Position numbers and translations under genes: made by a program. The notes under the pieces are model-generated. The model saw nothing but the letters and a program-made list of their open reading frames with translations, had not been told where the DNA came from and ran no database searches. Positions 38,041 to 52,900 of a DNA stretch of 64,000 nt are shown in pieces; the first letter of the stretch is position 1, and each line of letters opens with the position of its first letter. This DNA is from Auanema rhodensis (Eukaryota > Animalia > Nematoda), in the NCBI GenBank assembly GCA_964057225.1, contig OZ059900.1, positions 8,432,001 to 8,496,000 of the forward strand, read 5' to 3'.

Positions 38041-41000
38041 TCAGTTTCGATATTCGTGCAAAATACACCTATAACAACATTCTATGACAGTATTCCATAC
38101 ATTTAGTCGTTTTAGAAGAAAAAAATATGCTTAAGATCAAAAGTTTGACTGATTTAGCCAAAATGTCCTTCAAACCCCAAAAAACCAATAATTCTTGATA
38201 TTTTCGGTCCTTTTTGACCAAAGTGGTTAAAATTGAACATATATATGTAAAAATAGTCAAAGTTTATGAATCCTGAATTTCAAATCCATATCTCAAAGGG
38301 TCTGATCAAAACATACAGTTTTCACATGTTTTGTACCCAAAATCGTTGAATATATGGCGTTTTGAGCATAAAAAGGCCCATATTTCAATCAGTTTTGATA
38401 TTTGTGCAAAATACACCTATATGAACATTCTATGACAGTATTTCATACATTTAGTCGTTTTAGAAGAAAAAAATATGCTTAAGATCAGAAGTTTGACTGA
38501 TTTTGCCAAAATGCCCTTCAATCCCCAAAAAACCAATAATTCTTGATATTTTCGGTCCTTTTTGACCAAAGTGGTTAAAATTGGACATAAATATGTAAAA
38601 ATAGTCAAAGTTTATGAATCCTGAATTTCAAATCCATATCTCAAAGGGTCTGATCAAAACATACAGTTTTCACATGTTTTGTACCCAAAATCGTTGAATA
38701 TATGGCGTTTTGAGCATAAAAAGGCCCATATTTCAATCAGTTTCGATATTCGTGCAAAATACACCTATATCAACATTCTATGACAGTATTCCATACATTT
38801 AGTCGTTTTAGAAGAAAAAAACATGCTTAAGATCAAAAGTTTGACTGATTTAGCCAAAATGCCCTTCAAACCCCAAAAAACCAATAATTCTTGATATTTT
38901 CGGTCCTTTTTGACCAAAGTGGTTAAAATTGAACATATATATGTGAAAATAGTCAAAGTTTATGAATCCTGAATTTCAAATCCATATCTCAAAGGGTCTG
39001 ATCAAAACATACAGTTTTCACATGTTTTGTACCCAAAATTGTTGAATATATGGCGTTTTGAGCATAAAAAGGCCCATATTTCAATCAGTTTCGATATTCG
39101 TGCAAAATACACCTATAACAACATTCTATGACAGTATTCCATACATTTAGTCGTTTTAGAAGAAAAAAATATGCTTAAGATCAAAAGTTTGACTGATTTA
39201 GCCAAAATGTCCTTCAAACCCCAAAAAACCAATAATTCTTGATATTTTCGGTCCTTTTTGACCAAAGTGGTTAAAATTGAACATATATATGTAAAAATAG
39301 TCAAAGTTTATGAATCCTGAATTTCAAATCCATATCTCAAAGGGTCTGATCAAAACATACAGTTTTCACATGTTTTGTACCCAAAATCGTTGAATATATG
39401 GCGTTTTGAGCATAAAAAGGCCCATATATCAATCAGTTTTGATATTCGTGCAAAATACACCTATATGAACATTCTATGACAGTATTTCATACATTTAGTC
39501 GTTTTAGAAGAAAAAAATATGCTTAAGATCAAAAGTTTGACTGATTTAGCCAAAATGCCCTTCAAACCCCAAAAAACCAATAATTCTTGATATTTTCGGT
39601 CTTTTTTGACCAAAGTGGTTACAATTGAACATATATATGTAAAAATAGTCAAAGTTTATGAATCCTGAATTTCAAATCCATATCTCAAAGGGTCTGATCA
39701 AAACATACAGTTTTCACATGTTTTGTACCCAAAATCGTTGAATATATGGCGTTTTGAGCATAAAAAGGCCCATATTTCAATCAGTTTCGATATTCGTGCA
39801 AAATACACCTATAACAACATTCTATGACAGTATTCCATACATTTAGTCGTTTTAGAAGAAAAAAATATGCTTAAGATCAAAAGTTTGACTGATTTAGCCA
39901 AAATGTCCTTCAAACCCCAAAAAACCAATAATTCTTGATATTTTCGGTCCTTTTTGACCAAAGTGGTTAAAATTGAACATATATATGTAAAAATAGTCAA
40001 AGTTTATGAATCCTGAATTTCAAATCCATATCTCAAAGGGTCTGATCAAAACATACAGTTTTCACATGTTTTGTACCCAAAATCGTTGAATATATGGCGT
40101 TTTGAGCATAAAAAGGCCCATATTTCAATCAGTTTTGATATTTGTGCAAAATACACCTATATGAACATTCTATGACAGTATTTCATACATTTAGTCGTTT
40201 TAGAAGAAAAAAATATGCTTAAGATCAGAAGTTTGACTGATTTTGCCAAAATGCCCTTCAATCCCCAAAAAACCAATAATTCTTGATATTTTCGGTCCTT
40301 TTTGACCAAAGTGGTTAAAATTGGACATAAATATGTAAAAATAGTCAAAGTTTATGAATCCTGAATTTCAAATCCATATCTCAAAGGGTCTGATCAAAAC
40401 ATACAGTTTTCACATGTTTTGTACCCAAAATCGTTGAATATATGGCGTTTTGAGCATAAAAAGGCCCATATTTCAATCAGTTTCGATATTCGTGCAAAAT
40501 ACACCTATATCAACATTCTATGACAGTATTCCATACATTTAGTCGTTTTAGAAGAAAAAAACATGCTTAAGATCAAAAGTTTGACTGATTTAGCCAAAAT
40601 GCCCTTCAAACCCCAAAAAACCAATAATTCTTGATATTTTCGGTCCTTTTTGACCAAAGTGGTTAAAATTGAACATATATATGTGAAAATAGTCAAAGTT
40701 TATGAATCCTGAATTTCAAATCCATATCTCAAAGGGTCTGATCAAAACATACAGTTTTCACATGTTTTGTACCCAAAATTGTTGAATATATGGCGTTTTG
40801 AGCATAAAAAGGCCCATATTTCAATCAGTTTCGATATTCGTGCAAAATACACCTATAACAACATTCTATGACAGTATTCCATACATTTAGTCGTTTTAGA
40901 AGAAAAAAATATGCTTAAGATCAAAAGTTTGACTGATTTAGCCAAAATGTCCTTCAAACCCCAAAAAACCAATAATTCTTGATATTTTCGGTCCTTTTTG

Positions 41001-41160
41001 ACCAAAGTGGTTAAAATTGAACATATATATGTAAAAATAGTCAAAGTTTATGAATCCTGAATTTCAAATCCATATCTCAAAGGGTCTGATCAAAACATAC
41101 AGTTTTCACATGTTTTGTACCCAAAATCGTTGAATATATGGCGTTTTGAGCATAAAAAGG
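37680..41160 (+). repeat. Tandem duplication of a 1740-bp (5-monomer) unit
   Basis: ORF variants pair at +1740 (37721/39461, 38417/40157, 38765/40505, 39113/40853). Markers AAACATGCTT at 38821/40561 and AAGATCAGAA at 38481/40221. Confidence 0.88.
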
Positions 41161-44100
41161 CCCATATTTCAATCAGTTTTGATATTCGTGCAAAATACAC
41201 CTATATGAACATTCTTTGACAGTATTTCATACATTTAGTCGTTTTAGAAGAAAAAAATATGCTTAAGATCAAAAGTTTGACTGATTTTGCCAAAATGCCC
41301 TTCAAACCCCAAAAAACCAATAATTCTTGATATTTTCGGTCCTTTTTGACCAAAGTGGTTAAAATTGGACATATATATGTGAAAATAGTCGAAGTTCATG
41401 AATTCTGAATTTCAAATCCATATCTCAAAGGGTCTGATCAAAACATACAGTTTTCACATGTTTTGTACCCAAAATCGTTGAATATATGGCGTTTTGAGCA
41501 TAAAAAGGCCCATATATCAATCAGTTTTGATATTCGTGCAAAATACACCTATATGAACATTCTATGACAGTATTTCATACATTTAGTCGTTTTAGAAGAA
41601 AAAAATATGCTTAAGATCAAAAGTTTGACTGATTTAGCCAAAATGCCCTTCAAACCCCAAAAAACCAATAATTCTTGATATTTTCGGTCTTTTTTGACCA
41701 AAGTGGTTACAATTGAACATATATATGTAAAAATAGTCAAAGTTTATGAATCCTGAATTTCAAATCCATATCTCAAAGGGTCTGATCAAAACATACAGTT
41801 TTCACATGTTTTGTACCCAAAATCGTTGAATATATGGCGTTTTGAGCATAAAAAGGCCCATATTTCAATCAGTTTCGATATTCGTGCAAAATACACCTAT
41901 AACAACATTCTATGACAGTATTCCATACATTTAGTCGTTTTAGAAGAAAAAAATATGCTTAAGATCAAAAGTTTGACTGATTTAGCCAAAATGTCCTTCA
42001 AACCCCAAAAAACCAATAATTCTTGATATTTTCGGTCCTTTTTGACCAAAGTGGTTAAAATTGAACATATATATGTAAAAATAGTCAAAGTTTATGAATC
42101 CTGAATTTCAAATCCATATCTCAAAGGGTCTGATCAAAACATACAGTTTTCACATGTTTTGTACCCAAAATCGTTGAATATATGGCGTTTTGAGCATAAA
42201 AAGGCCCATATTTCAATCAGTTTTGATATTTGTGCAAAATACACCTATATGAACATTCTATGACAGTATTTCATACATTTAGTCGTTTTAGAAGAAAAAA
42301 ATATGCTTAAGATCAGAAGTTTGACTGATTTAGCCAAAATGCCCTTCAAACCCCAAAAAACCAATAATTCTTGATATTTTCGGTCCTTTTTGACCAAAGT
42401 GGTTAAAATTGAACATATATATGTAAAAATAGTCAAAGTTTATGAATCCTGAATTTCAAATCCATATCTCAAAGGGTCTGATCAAAACATACAGTTTTCA
42501 CATGTTTTGTACCCAAAATCGTTGAATATATGGCGTTTTGAGCATAAAAAGGCCCATATTTCAATCAGTTTTGATATTCGTGCAAAATACACCTATATGA
42601 ACATTCTTTGACAGTATTTCATACATTTAGTCGTTTTAGAAGAAAAAAATATGCTTAAGATCAAAAGTTTGACTGATTTTGCCAAAATGCCCTTCAAACC
42701 CCAAAAAACCAAAAATTCTTGATATTTTCGGTCCTTTTTGACCAAAGTGGTTAAAATTGGACATATATATGTAGAAATAGTCGAAGTTTATGAATCCTGA
42801 ATTTCAAATCTATATCTCAAAGGGTCTGATCAAAACATACAGTTTTCACATGTTTTGTACCCAAAATCGTTGAATATATGGCGTTTTGAGCATAAAAAGG
42901 CCCATATTTCAATCAGTTTTGATATTCGTGCAAAATACACCTATATGAACATTCTATGACAGTCTTCCATACATTTAGTCGTTTTAGAAGAAAAAAATAT
43001 GCTTAAGATCAAAAGTTTGACTGATTTTGCCAAAATGCCCTTCAATCCCCAAAAAACCAATAATTCTTGATATTTTCGGTCCTTTTTGACCAAAGTGGTT
43101 AAAATTGGACATATATATGTGAAAATAGTCAAAGTTTATGAATCCTGAATTTCAAATCCATATCTCAAAGGGTCTGATCAAAACATACAGTTTTCACATG
43201 TTTTGTACCCAAAATCGTTGAATATATGGCGTTTTGAGCATAAAAAGGCCCATATTTCAATCAGTTTTGATATTCGTGCAAAACACACCTATATGAACAT
43301 TCTATGACAGTATTTCATACATTTAGTCGTTTTAGAAGAAAAAAATATGCTTAAGATCAAAAGTTTGACTGATTTTGCCAAAATGTCCTTCAAACCCCAA
43401 AAAACCAATAATTCTTGATATTTTCGGTCCTTTTTGACCAAAGTGGTTAAAATTGGACATATATATGTAAAAATAGTCAAAGTTTATGAATCCTGAATTT
43501 AAAATCCATATCTCAAAGGGTCTGATCAAAACATACAGTTTTCACATGTTTTGTACCCAAAATCGTTGAATATATGGCGTTTTGAGCATAAAAAGGCCCA
43601 TATTTCAATCAGTTTTGATATTCGTGCAAAATACAACTATATCAACATTCTATGACAGTATTCCATACATTTAGTCGTTTTAGAAGAAAAAAATATGCTT
43701 AAGATCAAAAGTTTGACTGATTTAGCCAAAATGCCCTTCAAACCCCAAAAAACCAATAATTCTTGATATTTTCGGTCCTTTTTGACCAAAGTGGTTAAAA
43801 TTGGACATATATATGTAAAAATAGTCGAAGTTTATGAATCCTGAATTTCAAATCCATATCTCAAAGGGTCTGATCAAAACATACAGTTTTCACATGTTTT
43901 GTACCCAAAATCGTTGAATATATGGCGTTTTGAGCATGAAAAGGCCCATATTTCAATCAGTTTTGATATTCGTGCAAAATACACCTATATGAACATTCTT
44001 TGACAGTATTTCATACATTTAGTCGTTTTAGAAGAAAAAAATATGCTTAAGATCAAAAGTTTGACTGATTTTGCCAAAATGCCCTTCAAACCCCAAAAAA

Positions 44101-47100
44101 CCAAAAATTCTTGATATTTTCGGTCCTTTTTGACCAAAGTGGTTAAAATTGGACATATATATGTAGAAATAGTCGAAGTTTATGAATCCTGAATTTCAAA
44201 TCCATATCTCAAAGGGTCTGATCAAAACATACAGTTTTCACATGTTTTGTACCCAAAATCGTTGAATATATGGCGTTTTGAGCATAAAAAGGCCCATATT
44301 TCAATCAGTTTTGATATTCGTGCAAAATACACCTATATGAACATTCTATGACAGTCTTCCATACATTTAGTCGTTTTAGAAGAAAAAAATATGCTTAAGA
44401 TCAAAAGTTTGACTGATTTTGCCAAAATGCCCTTCAATCCCCAAAAAACCAATAATTCTTGATATTTTCGGTCCTTTTTGACCAAAGTGGTTAAAATTAG
44501 ACATATATATGTGAAAATAGTCAAAGTTTATGAATCCTGAATTTCAAATCCATATCTCAAAGGGTCTGATCAAAACATACAGTTTTCACATGTTTTGTAC
44601 CCAAAATCGTTGAATATATGGCGTTTTGAGCATAAAAAGGCCCATATTTCAATCAGTTTTGATATTCGTGCAAAATACAACTATATCAACATTCTATGAC
44701 AGTATTCCATACATTTAGTCGTTTTAGAAGAAAAAAATATGCTTAAGATCAAAAGTTTGACTGATTTAGCCAAAATGCCCTTCAAACCCCAAAAAACCAA
44801 TAATTCTTGATATTTTCGGTCCTTTTTGACCAAAGTGGTTAAAATTGGACATATATATGTAAAAATAGTCGAAGTTTATGAATCCTGAATTTCAAATCCA
44901 TATCTCAAAGGGTCTGATCAAAACATACAGTTTTCACATGTTTTGTACCCAAAATCGTTGAATATATGGCGTTTTGAGCATAAAAAGGCCCATATTTCAA
45001 TCAGTTTTGATATTCGTGCAAAATACACCTATATGAACATTCTATGACAGTATTTCATACATTAAGTCGTTTTAGAAGAAAAAAATATGCTTAAGATCAA
45101 AAGTTTGACTGATTTAGCCAAAATGCCCTTCAAACCCCAAAAAACCAATAATTCTTGATATTTTCGGTCTTTTTTGACCAAAGTGGTTAAAATTGAACAT
45201 ATATATGTAAAAATAGTCAAAGTTTATGAATCCTGAATTTAAAATCCATATCTCAAAGGGTCTGATCAAAACATACAGTTTTCACATGTTTTGTACCCAA
45301 AATCGTTGAATATATGGCGTTTTGAGCATAAAAAGGCCCATATTTCAATCAGTTTTGATATTCGTGCAAAATACACCTATATGAACATTCTATGACAGTA
45401 TTTCATACATTTAGTCGTTTTAGAAGAAAAAAATATGCTTAAGATCAAAAGTTTGACTGATTTAGCCAAAATGCTCTTCAAACCCCAAAAAACCAATAAT
45501 TCTTGATATTTTCGGTCCTTTTTGACCAAAGTGGTTAAAATTGAACATATATATGTAAAAATAGTCAAAGTTTATGAATCCTGAATTTCAAATCCATATC
45601 TCAAAGGGTCTGATCAAAACATACAGTTTTCACATGTTTTGTACCCAAAATCTCGTTGAATATATGGCGTTTTGAGCATAAAAAGGCCCATATTTCAATC
45701 AGTTTCGATATTCGTGCAAAATACACCTATATCAACATTCTATGACAGTATTCCATACATTTAGTCGTTTTAGAAGAAAAAAATATGCTTAAGATCAAAA
45801 GTTTGACTGATTTAGCCAAAATGTCCTTCAAACCCCAAAAAACCAATAATTCTTGATATTTTCGGTCCTTTTTGACCAAAGTGGTTAAAATTGAACATAT
45901 ATATGTAAAAATAGTCAAAGTTTATGAATCCTGAATTTCAAATCCATATCTCAAAGGGTCTGATCAAAACATACAGTTTTCACATGTTTTGTACCCAAAA
46001 TCTCGTTGAATATATGGCGTTTTGAGCATAAAAAGGCCCATATTTCAATCAGTTTTGATATTTGTGCAAAATACACCTATATGAACATTCTATGACAGTA
46101 TTTCATACATTTAGTCGTTTTAGAAGAAAAAAATATGCTTAAGATCAGAAGTTTGACTGATTTTGCCAAAATGCCCTTCAAACCCCAAAAAACCAATAAT
46201 TCTTGATATTTTCGGTCCTTTTTGACCAAAGTGGTTAAAATTGGACATAAATATGTAAAAATAGTCAAAGTTTATGAATCCTGAATTTCAAATCCATATC
46301 TCAAAGGGTCTGATCAAAACATACAGTTTTCACATGTTTTGTACCCAGAATCGTTGAAAATATGGCGTTTTGAGCATAAAAAGGCCCATATTTCAATCAG
46401 TTTCGATATTTGTGCAAAATACACCTATATCAACATTCTATGAAAGTATTCCATACATTTAGTCGTTTTAGAAGAAAAAAATATGCTTAAGATCAAAAGT
46501 TTGACTGATTTTGCCAAAATGCCCTTCAATCCCCAAAAAACCAATAATTCTTGATATTTTCGGTCCTTTTTGACCAAAGTGGTTAAAATTGAACATATCT
46601 ATGTAAAAATAGTCAAAGTTTATGAATCCTGAATTTCAAATCCATATCTCAAAGGTTCTGATCAAAACATACAGTTTTCACATGTTTTGTACCCAAAATC
46701 GTTGAATATATGGCGTTTTGAGCATAAAAAGGCCCATATTTCAATCAGTTTTGATATTTGTGCAAAATACACCTATATGAACATTCTATGACAGTATTCC
46801 ATACATTTAGTCGTTTTAGAAGAAAAAAATATGCTTAAGATCAAAAGTTTGACTGATTTTGCCAAAATGCCCTTCAATCCCCAAAAAACCAATAATTCTT
46901 GATATTTTCGGTCCTTCTTGACCAAAGTGGTTAAAATTGGACATAAATATGTAAAAATAGTCAAAGTTTATGAATCCTGAATTTTAAATCCATATCTCAA
47001 AGGGTCTGATCAAAACATACAGTTTTCACATGTTTTGTACCCAAAATCGTTGAATATATGGCGTTTTGAGCATAAAAAGGCCCATATTTCAATCAGTTTC

Positions 47101-49949
47101 GATATTCGTGCAAAATACACCTATATCAACATTCTATGACAGTATTCCATACATTTAGTCGTTTTAGAAGAAAAAAATATGCTTAAGATCAAAAGTTTGA
47201 CTGATTTTGCCAAAATGCCCTTCAATCCCCAAAAAACCAATAATTCTTGATATTTTCGGTCCTTTTTGACCAAAGTGGTTAAAATTGAACATATATATGT
47301 AAAAATAGTCAAAGTTTATGAATCCTGAATTTCAAATCCATATCTCAAAGGGTCTGATCAAAACATACAGTTTTCACATGTTTTGTACCCAAAATCGTTG
47401 AATATATGGCGTTTTGAGCATAAAAAGGCCCATATTTCAATCAGTTTTGATATTTGTGCAAAATAGACCTATATGAACATTCTATGACAGTATTTCATAC
47501 ATTTAGTCGTTTTAGAAGAAAAAAATATGCTTAAGATCAAAAGTTTGACTGATTTTGCCAAAATGCCCTTCAATCCCCAAAAAACCAATAATTCTTGATA
47601 TTTTCGGTCCTTTTTGACCAAAGTGGTTAAAATTGAACATATCTATGTAAAAATAGTCAAAGTTTTTGAATCCTGAATTTCAAATCCATATCTCAAAGGG
47701 TCTGATCAAAACATACAGTTTTCACATGTTTTGTACCCAAAATCGTTGAATATATGGCGTTTTGAGCATAAAAAGGCCCATATTTCAATCAGTTTTGATA
47801 TTTGTGCAAAATACACCTATATGAACATTCTATGACAGTATTCCATACATTTAGTCGTTTTAGAAGAAAAAAATATGCTTAAGATCAAAAGTTTGACTGA
47901 TTTTGCCAAAATGCCCTTCAATCCCCAAAAAACCAATAATTCTTGATATTTTCGGTCCTTCTTGACCAAAGTGGTTAAAATTGGACATAAATATGTAAAA
48001 ATAGTCAAAGTTTATGAATCCTGAATTTCAAATCCATATCTCAAAGGGTCTGATCAAAACATACAGTTTTCACATGTTTTGTACCCAAAATCGTTGAATA
48101 TATGGCGTTTTGAGCATAAAAAGGCCCATATTTCAATCAGTTTCGATATTCGTGCAAAATACACCTATATCAACATTCTATGACAGTATTCCATACATTT
48201 AGTCGTTTTAGAAGAAAAAAATATGCTTAAGATCAAAAGTTTGACTGATTTTGCCAAAATGCCCTTCAATCCCCAAAAAACCAATAATTCTTGATATTTT
48301 CGGTCCTTTTTGACCAAAGTGGTTAAAATTGGACATATATATGTAAAAATAGTCAAAGTTTATGAATCCTGAATTTCAAATCCATATCTCAAAGGGTCTG
48401 ATCAAAACATACAGTTTTCACATGTTTTGTACCCAAAATCGTTGAATATATGGCGTTTTGAGCATAAAAAGGCCCATATTTCAATCAGTTTCGATATTCG
48501 TGCAAAATACACCTATATCAACATTCTATGACAGTATTCCATACATTTAGTCGTTTTAGAAGAAAAAAATATGCTTAAGATCAAAAGTTTGACTGATTTT
48601 GCCAAAATGCCCTTCAATCCCCAAAAAACCAATAATTCTTGATATTTTCGGTCCTTTTTGACCAAAGTGGTTAAAATTGAACATATATATGTAAAAATAG
48701 TCAAAGTTTATGAATCCTGAATTTCAAATCCATATCTCAAAGGGTCTGATCAAAACATACAGTTTTCACATGTTTTGTACCCAAAATCGTTGAATATATG
48801 GCGTTTTGAGCATAAAAAGGCCCATATTTCAATCAGTTTTGATATTTGTGCAAAATACACCTAGATGAACATTCTATGACAGTATTCCATACATTTAGTC
48901 GTTTTAGAAGAAAAAAATATGCTTAAGATCAAAAGTTTGACTGATTTTGCCAAAATGCCCTTCAATCCCCAAAAAACCAATAATTCTTGATATTTTCGGT
49001 CCTTTTTGACCAAAGTGGTTAAAATTGGACATAAATATGTAAAAATAGTCAAAGTTTATGAATCCTGAATTTCAAATCCATATCTCAAAGGGTCTGATCA
49101 AAACATACAGTTTTCACATGTTTTGTACCCAAAATCGTTGAATATATGGCGTTTTGAGCATAAAAAGGCCCATATTTCAATCAGTTTCGATATTCGTGCA
49201 AAATACACCTATATCAACATTCTATGACAGTATTCCATACATTTAGTCGTTTTAGAAGAAAAAAATATGCTTAAGATCAAAAGTTTGACTGATTTTGCCA
49301 AAATGCCCTTCAATCCCCAAAAAACCAATAATTCTTGATATTTTCGGTCCTTTTTGACCAAAGTGGTTAAAATTGGACATATATATGTAAAAATAGTCAA
49401 AGTTTATGAATCCTGAATTTCAAATCCATATCTCAAAGGGTCTGATCAAAACATACAGTTTTCACATGTTTTGTACCCAAAATCGTTGAATATATGGCGT
49501 TTTGAGCATAAAAAGGCCCATATTTCAATCAGTTTTGATATTTGTGCAAAATAGACCTATATGAACATTCTATGACAGTATTTCATACATTTAGTCGTTT
49601 TAGAAGAAAAAAATATGCTTAAGATCAAAAGTTTGACTGATTTTGCCAAAATGCCCTTCAATCCCCAAAAAACCAATAATTCTTGATATTTTCGGTCCTT
49701 TTTGACCAAAGTGGTTAAAATTGGACATATATATGTAAAAATAGTCAAAGTTTATGAATCCTGAATTTCAAATCCATATCTCAAAGGGTCTGATCAAAAC
49801 ATACAGTTTTCACATGTTTTGTACCCAAAATCGTTGAATATATGGCGTTTTGAGCATAAAAAGGCCCATATTTCAATCAGTTTCGATATTCGTGCAAAAT
49901 ACACCTATATCAACATTCTATGACAGTATTCCATACATTTAGTCGTTTT

Positions 49950-52900
49950 AGAAGAAAAAAATATGCTTAAGATCAAAAGTTTGACTGATTTTGCCAAAAT
50001 GCCCTTCAATCCCCAAAAAACCAATAATTCTTGATATTTTCGGTCCTTTTTGACCAAAGTGGTTAAAATTGGACATATATATATATGTAAAAATAGTCAA
50101 AGTTTATGAATCCTGAATTTCAAATCCATATCTCAAAGGGTCTGATCAAAACATACAGTTTTCACATGTTTTGTACCCAAAATCGTTGAATATATGGCGT
50201 TTTGAGCATAAAAAGGCCCATATTTCAATCAGTTTTGATATTTGTGCAAAATACACCTATATCAACATTCTATGACAGTATTCCATACATTTAGTCGTTT
50301 TAGAAGAAAAAAATATGCTTAAGATCAAAAGTTTGACTGATTTTGCCAAAATGCCCTTCAATCCCCAAAAAACCAATAATTCTTGATATTTTCGGTCCTT
50401 CTTGACCAAAGTGGTTAAAATTGGACATAAATATGTAAAAATAGTCAAAGTTTATGAATCCTGAATTTCAAATCCATATCTCAAAGGGTCTGATCAAAAC
50501 ATACAGTTTTCACATGTTTTGTACCCAAAATCGTTGAATATATGGCGTTTTGAGCATAAAAAGGCCCATATTTCAATCAGTTTCGATATTCGTGCAAAAT
50601 ACACCTATATCAACATTCTATGACAGTATTCCATACATTTAGTCGTTTTAGAAGAAAAAAATATGCTTAAGATCAAAAGTTTGACTGATTTTGCCAAAAT
50701 GCCCTTCAATCCCCAAAAAACCAATAATTCTTGATATTTTCGGTCCTTTTTGACCAAAGTGGTTAAAATTGAACATATATATGTAAAAATAGTCAAAGTT
50801 TATGAATCCTGAATTTCAAATCCATATCTCAAAGGGTCTGATCAAAACATACAGTTTTCACATGTTTTGTACCCAAAATCGTTGAATATATGGCGTTTTG
50901 AGCATAAAAAGGCCCATATTTCAATCAATTTTGATATTTGTGCAAAATACACCTAGATGAACATTCTATGACAGTATTCCATACATTTAGTCGTTTTAGA
51001 AGAAAAAAATATGCTTAAGATCAAAAGTTTGACTGATTTTGCCAAAATGCCCTTCAATCCCCAAAAAACCAATAATTCTTGATATTTTCGGTCCTTTTTG
51101 ACCAAAGTGGTTAAAATTGGACATAAATATGTAAAAATAGTCAAAGTTTATGAATCCTGAATTTCAAATCCATATCTCAAAGGGTCTGATCAAAACATAC
51201 AGTTTTCACATGTTTTGTACCCAAAATCGTTGAATATATGGCGTTTTGAGCATAAAAAGGCCCATATTTCAATCAGTTTCGATATTCGTGCAAAATACAC
51301 CTATATCAACATTCTATGACAGTATTCCATACATTTAGTCGTTTTAGAAGAAAAAAATATGCTTAAGATCAAAAGTTTGACTGATTTTGCCAAAATGCCC
51401 TTCAATCCCCAAAAAACCAATAATTCTTGATATTTTCGGTCCTTTTTGACCAAAGTGGTTAAAATTGGACATATATATGTAAAAATAGTCAAAGTTTATG
51501 AATCCTGAATTTCAAATCCATATCTCAAAGGGTCTGATCAAAACATACAGTTTTCACATGTTTTGTACCCAAAATCGTTGAATATATGGCGTTTTGAGCA
51601 TAAAAAGGCCCATATTTCAATCAGTTTTGATATTTGTGCAAAATAGACCTATATGAACATTCTATGACAGTATTTCATACATTTAGTCGTTTTAGAAGAA
51701 AAAAATATGCTTAAGATCAAAAGTTTGACTGATTTTGCCAAAATGCCCTTCAATCCCCAAAAAACCAATAATTCTTGATATTTTCGGTCCTTTTTGACCA
51801 AAGTGGTTAAAATTGGACATATATATGTAAAAATAGTCAAAGTTTATGAATCCTGAATTTCAAATCCATATCTCAAAGGGTCTGATCAAAACATACAGTT
51901 TTCACATGTTTTGTACCCAAAATCGTTGAATATATGGCGTTTTGAGCATAAAAAGGCCCATATTTCAATCAGTTTCGATATTCGTGCAAAATACACCTAT
52001 ATCAACATTCTATGACAGTATTCCATACATTTAGTCGTTTTAGAAGAAAAAAATATGCTTAAGATCAAAAGTTTGACTGATTTTGCCAAAATGCCCTTCA
52101 ATCCCCAAAAAACCAATAATTCTTGATATTTTCGGTCCTTGTTGACCAAAGTGGTTAAAATTGAACATTTATATGTAAAAATAGTCAAAGTTTATGAATC
52201 CTGAATTTCAAATCCATATCTCAAAGGGTCTGATCAAAACATACAGTTTTCACATGTTTTGTACCCAAAATCGTTGAATATATGGCGTTTTGAGCATAAA
52301 AAGGCCCATATTTCAATCAGTTTTGATATTTGTGCAAAATAGACTTATATGAACATTCTATGACAGTATTTCATACATTTAGTCGTTTTAGAAGAAAAAA
52401 ATATGCTTAAGATCAAAAGTTTGACTGATTTTGCCAAAATGCCCTTCAATCCCCAAAAAACCAATAATTCTTGATATTTTCGGTCCTTTTTGACCAAAGT
52501 GGTTAAAATTGGACATATATATGTAAAAATAGTCAAAGTTTATGAATCCTGAATTTCAAATCCATATCTCAAAGGGTCTGATCAAAACATACAGTTTTCA
52601 CATGTTTTGTACCCAAAATCGTTGAATATATGGCGTTTTGAGCATAAAAAGGCCCATATTTCAATCAGTTTCGATATTCGTGCAAAATACACCTATATCA
52701 ACATTCTATGACAGTATTCCATACATTTAGTCGTTTTAGAAGAAAAAAATATGCTTAAGATCAAAAGTTTGACTGATTTTGCCAAAATGCCCTTCAATCC
52801 CCAAAAAACCAATAATTCTTGATATTTTCGGTCCTTTTTGACCAAAGTGGTTAAAATTGAACATATATATGTAAAAATAGTCAAAGTTTATGAATCCTGA

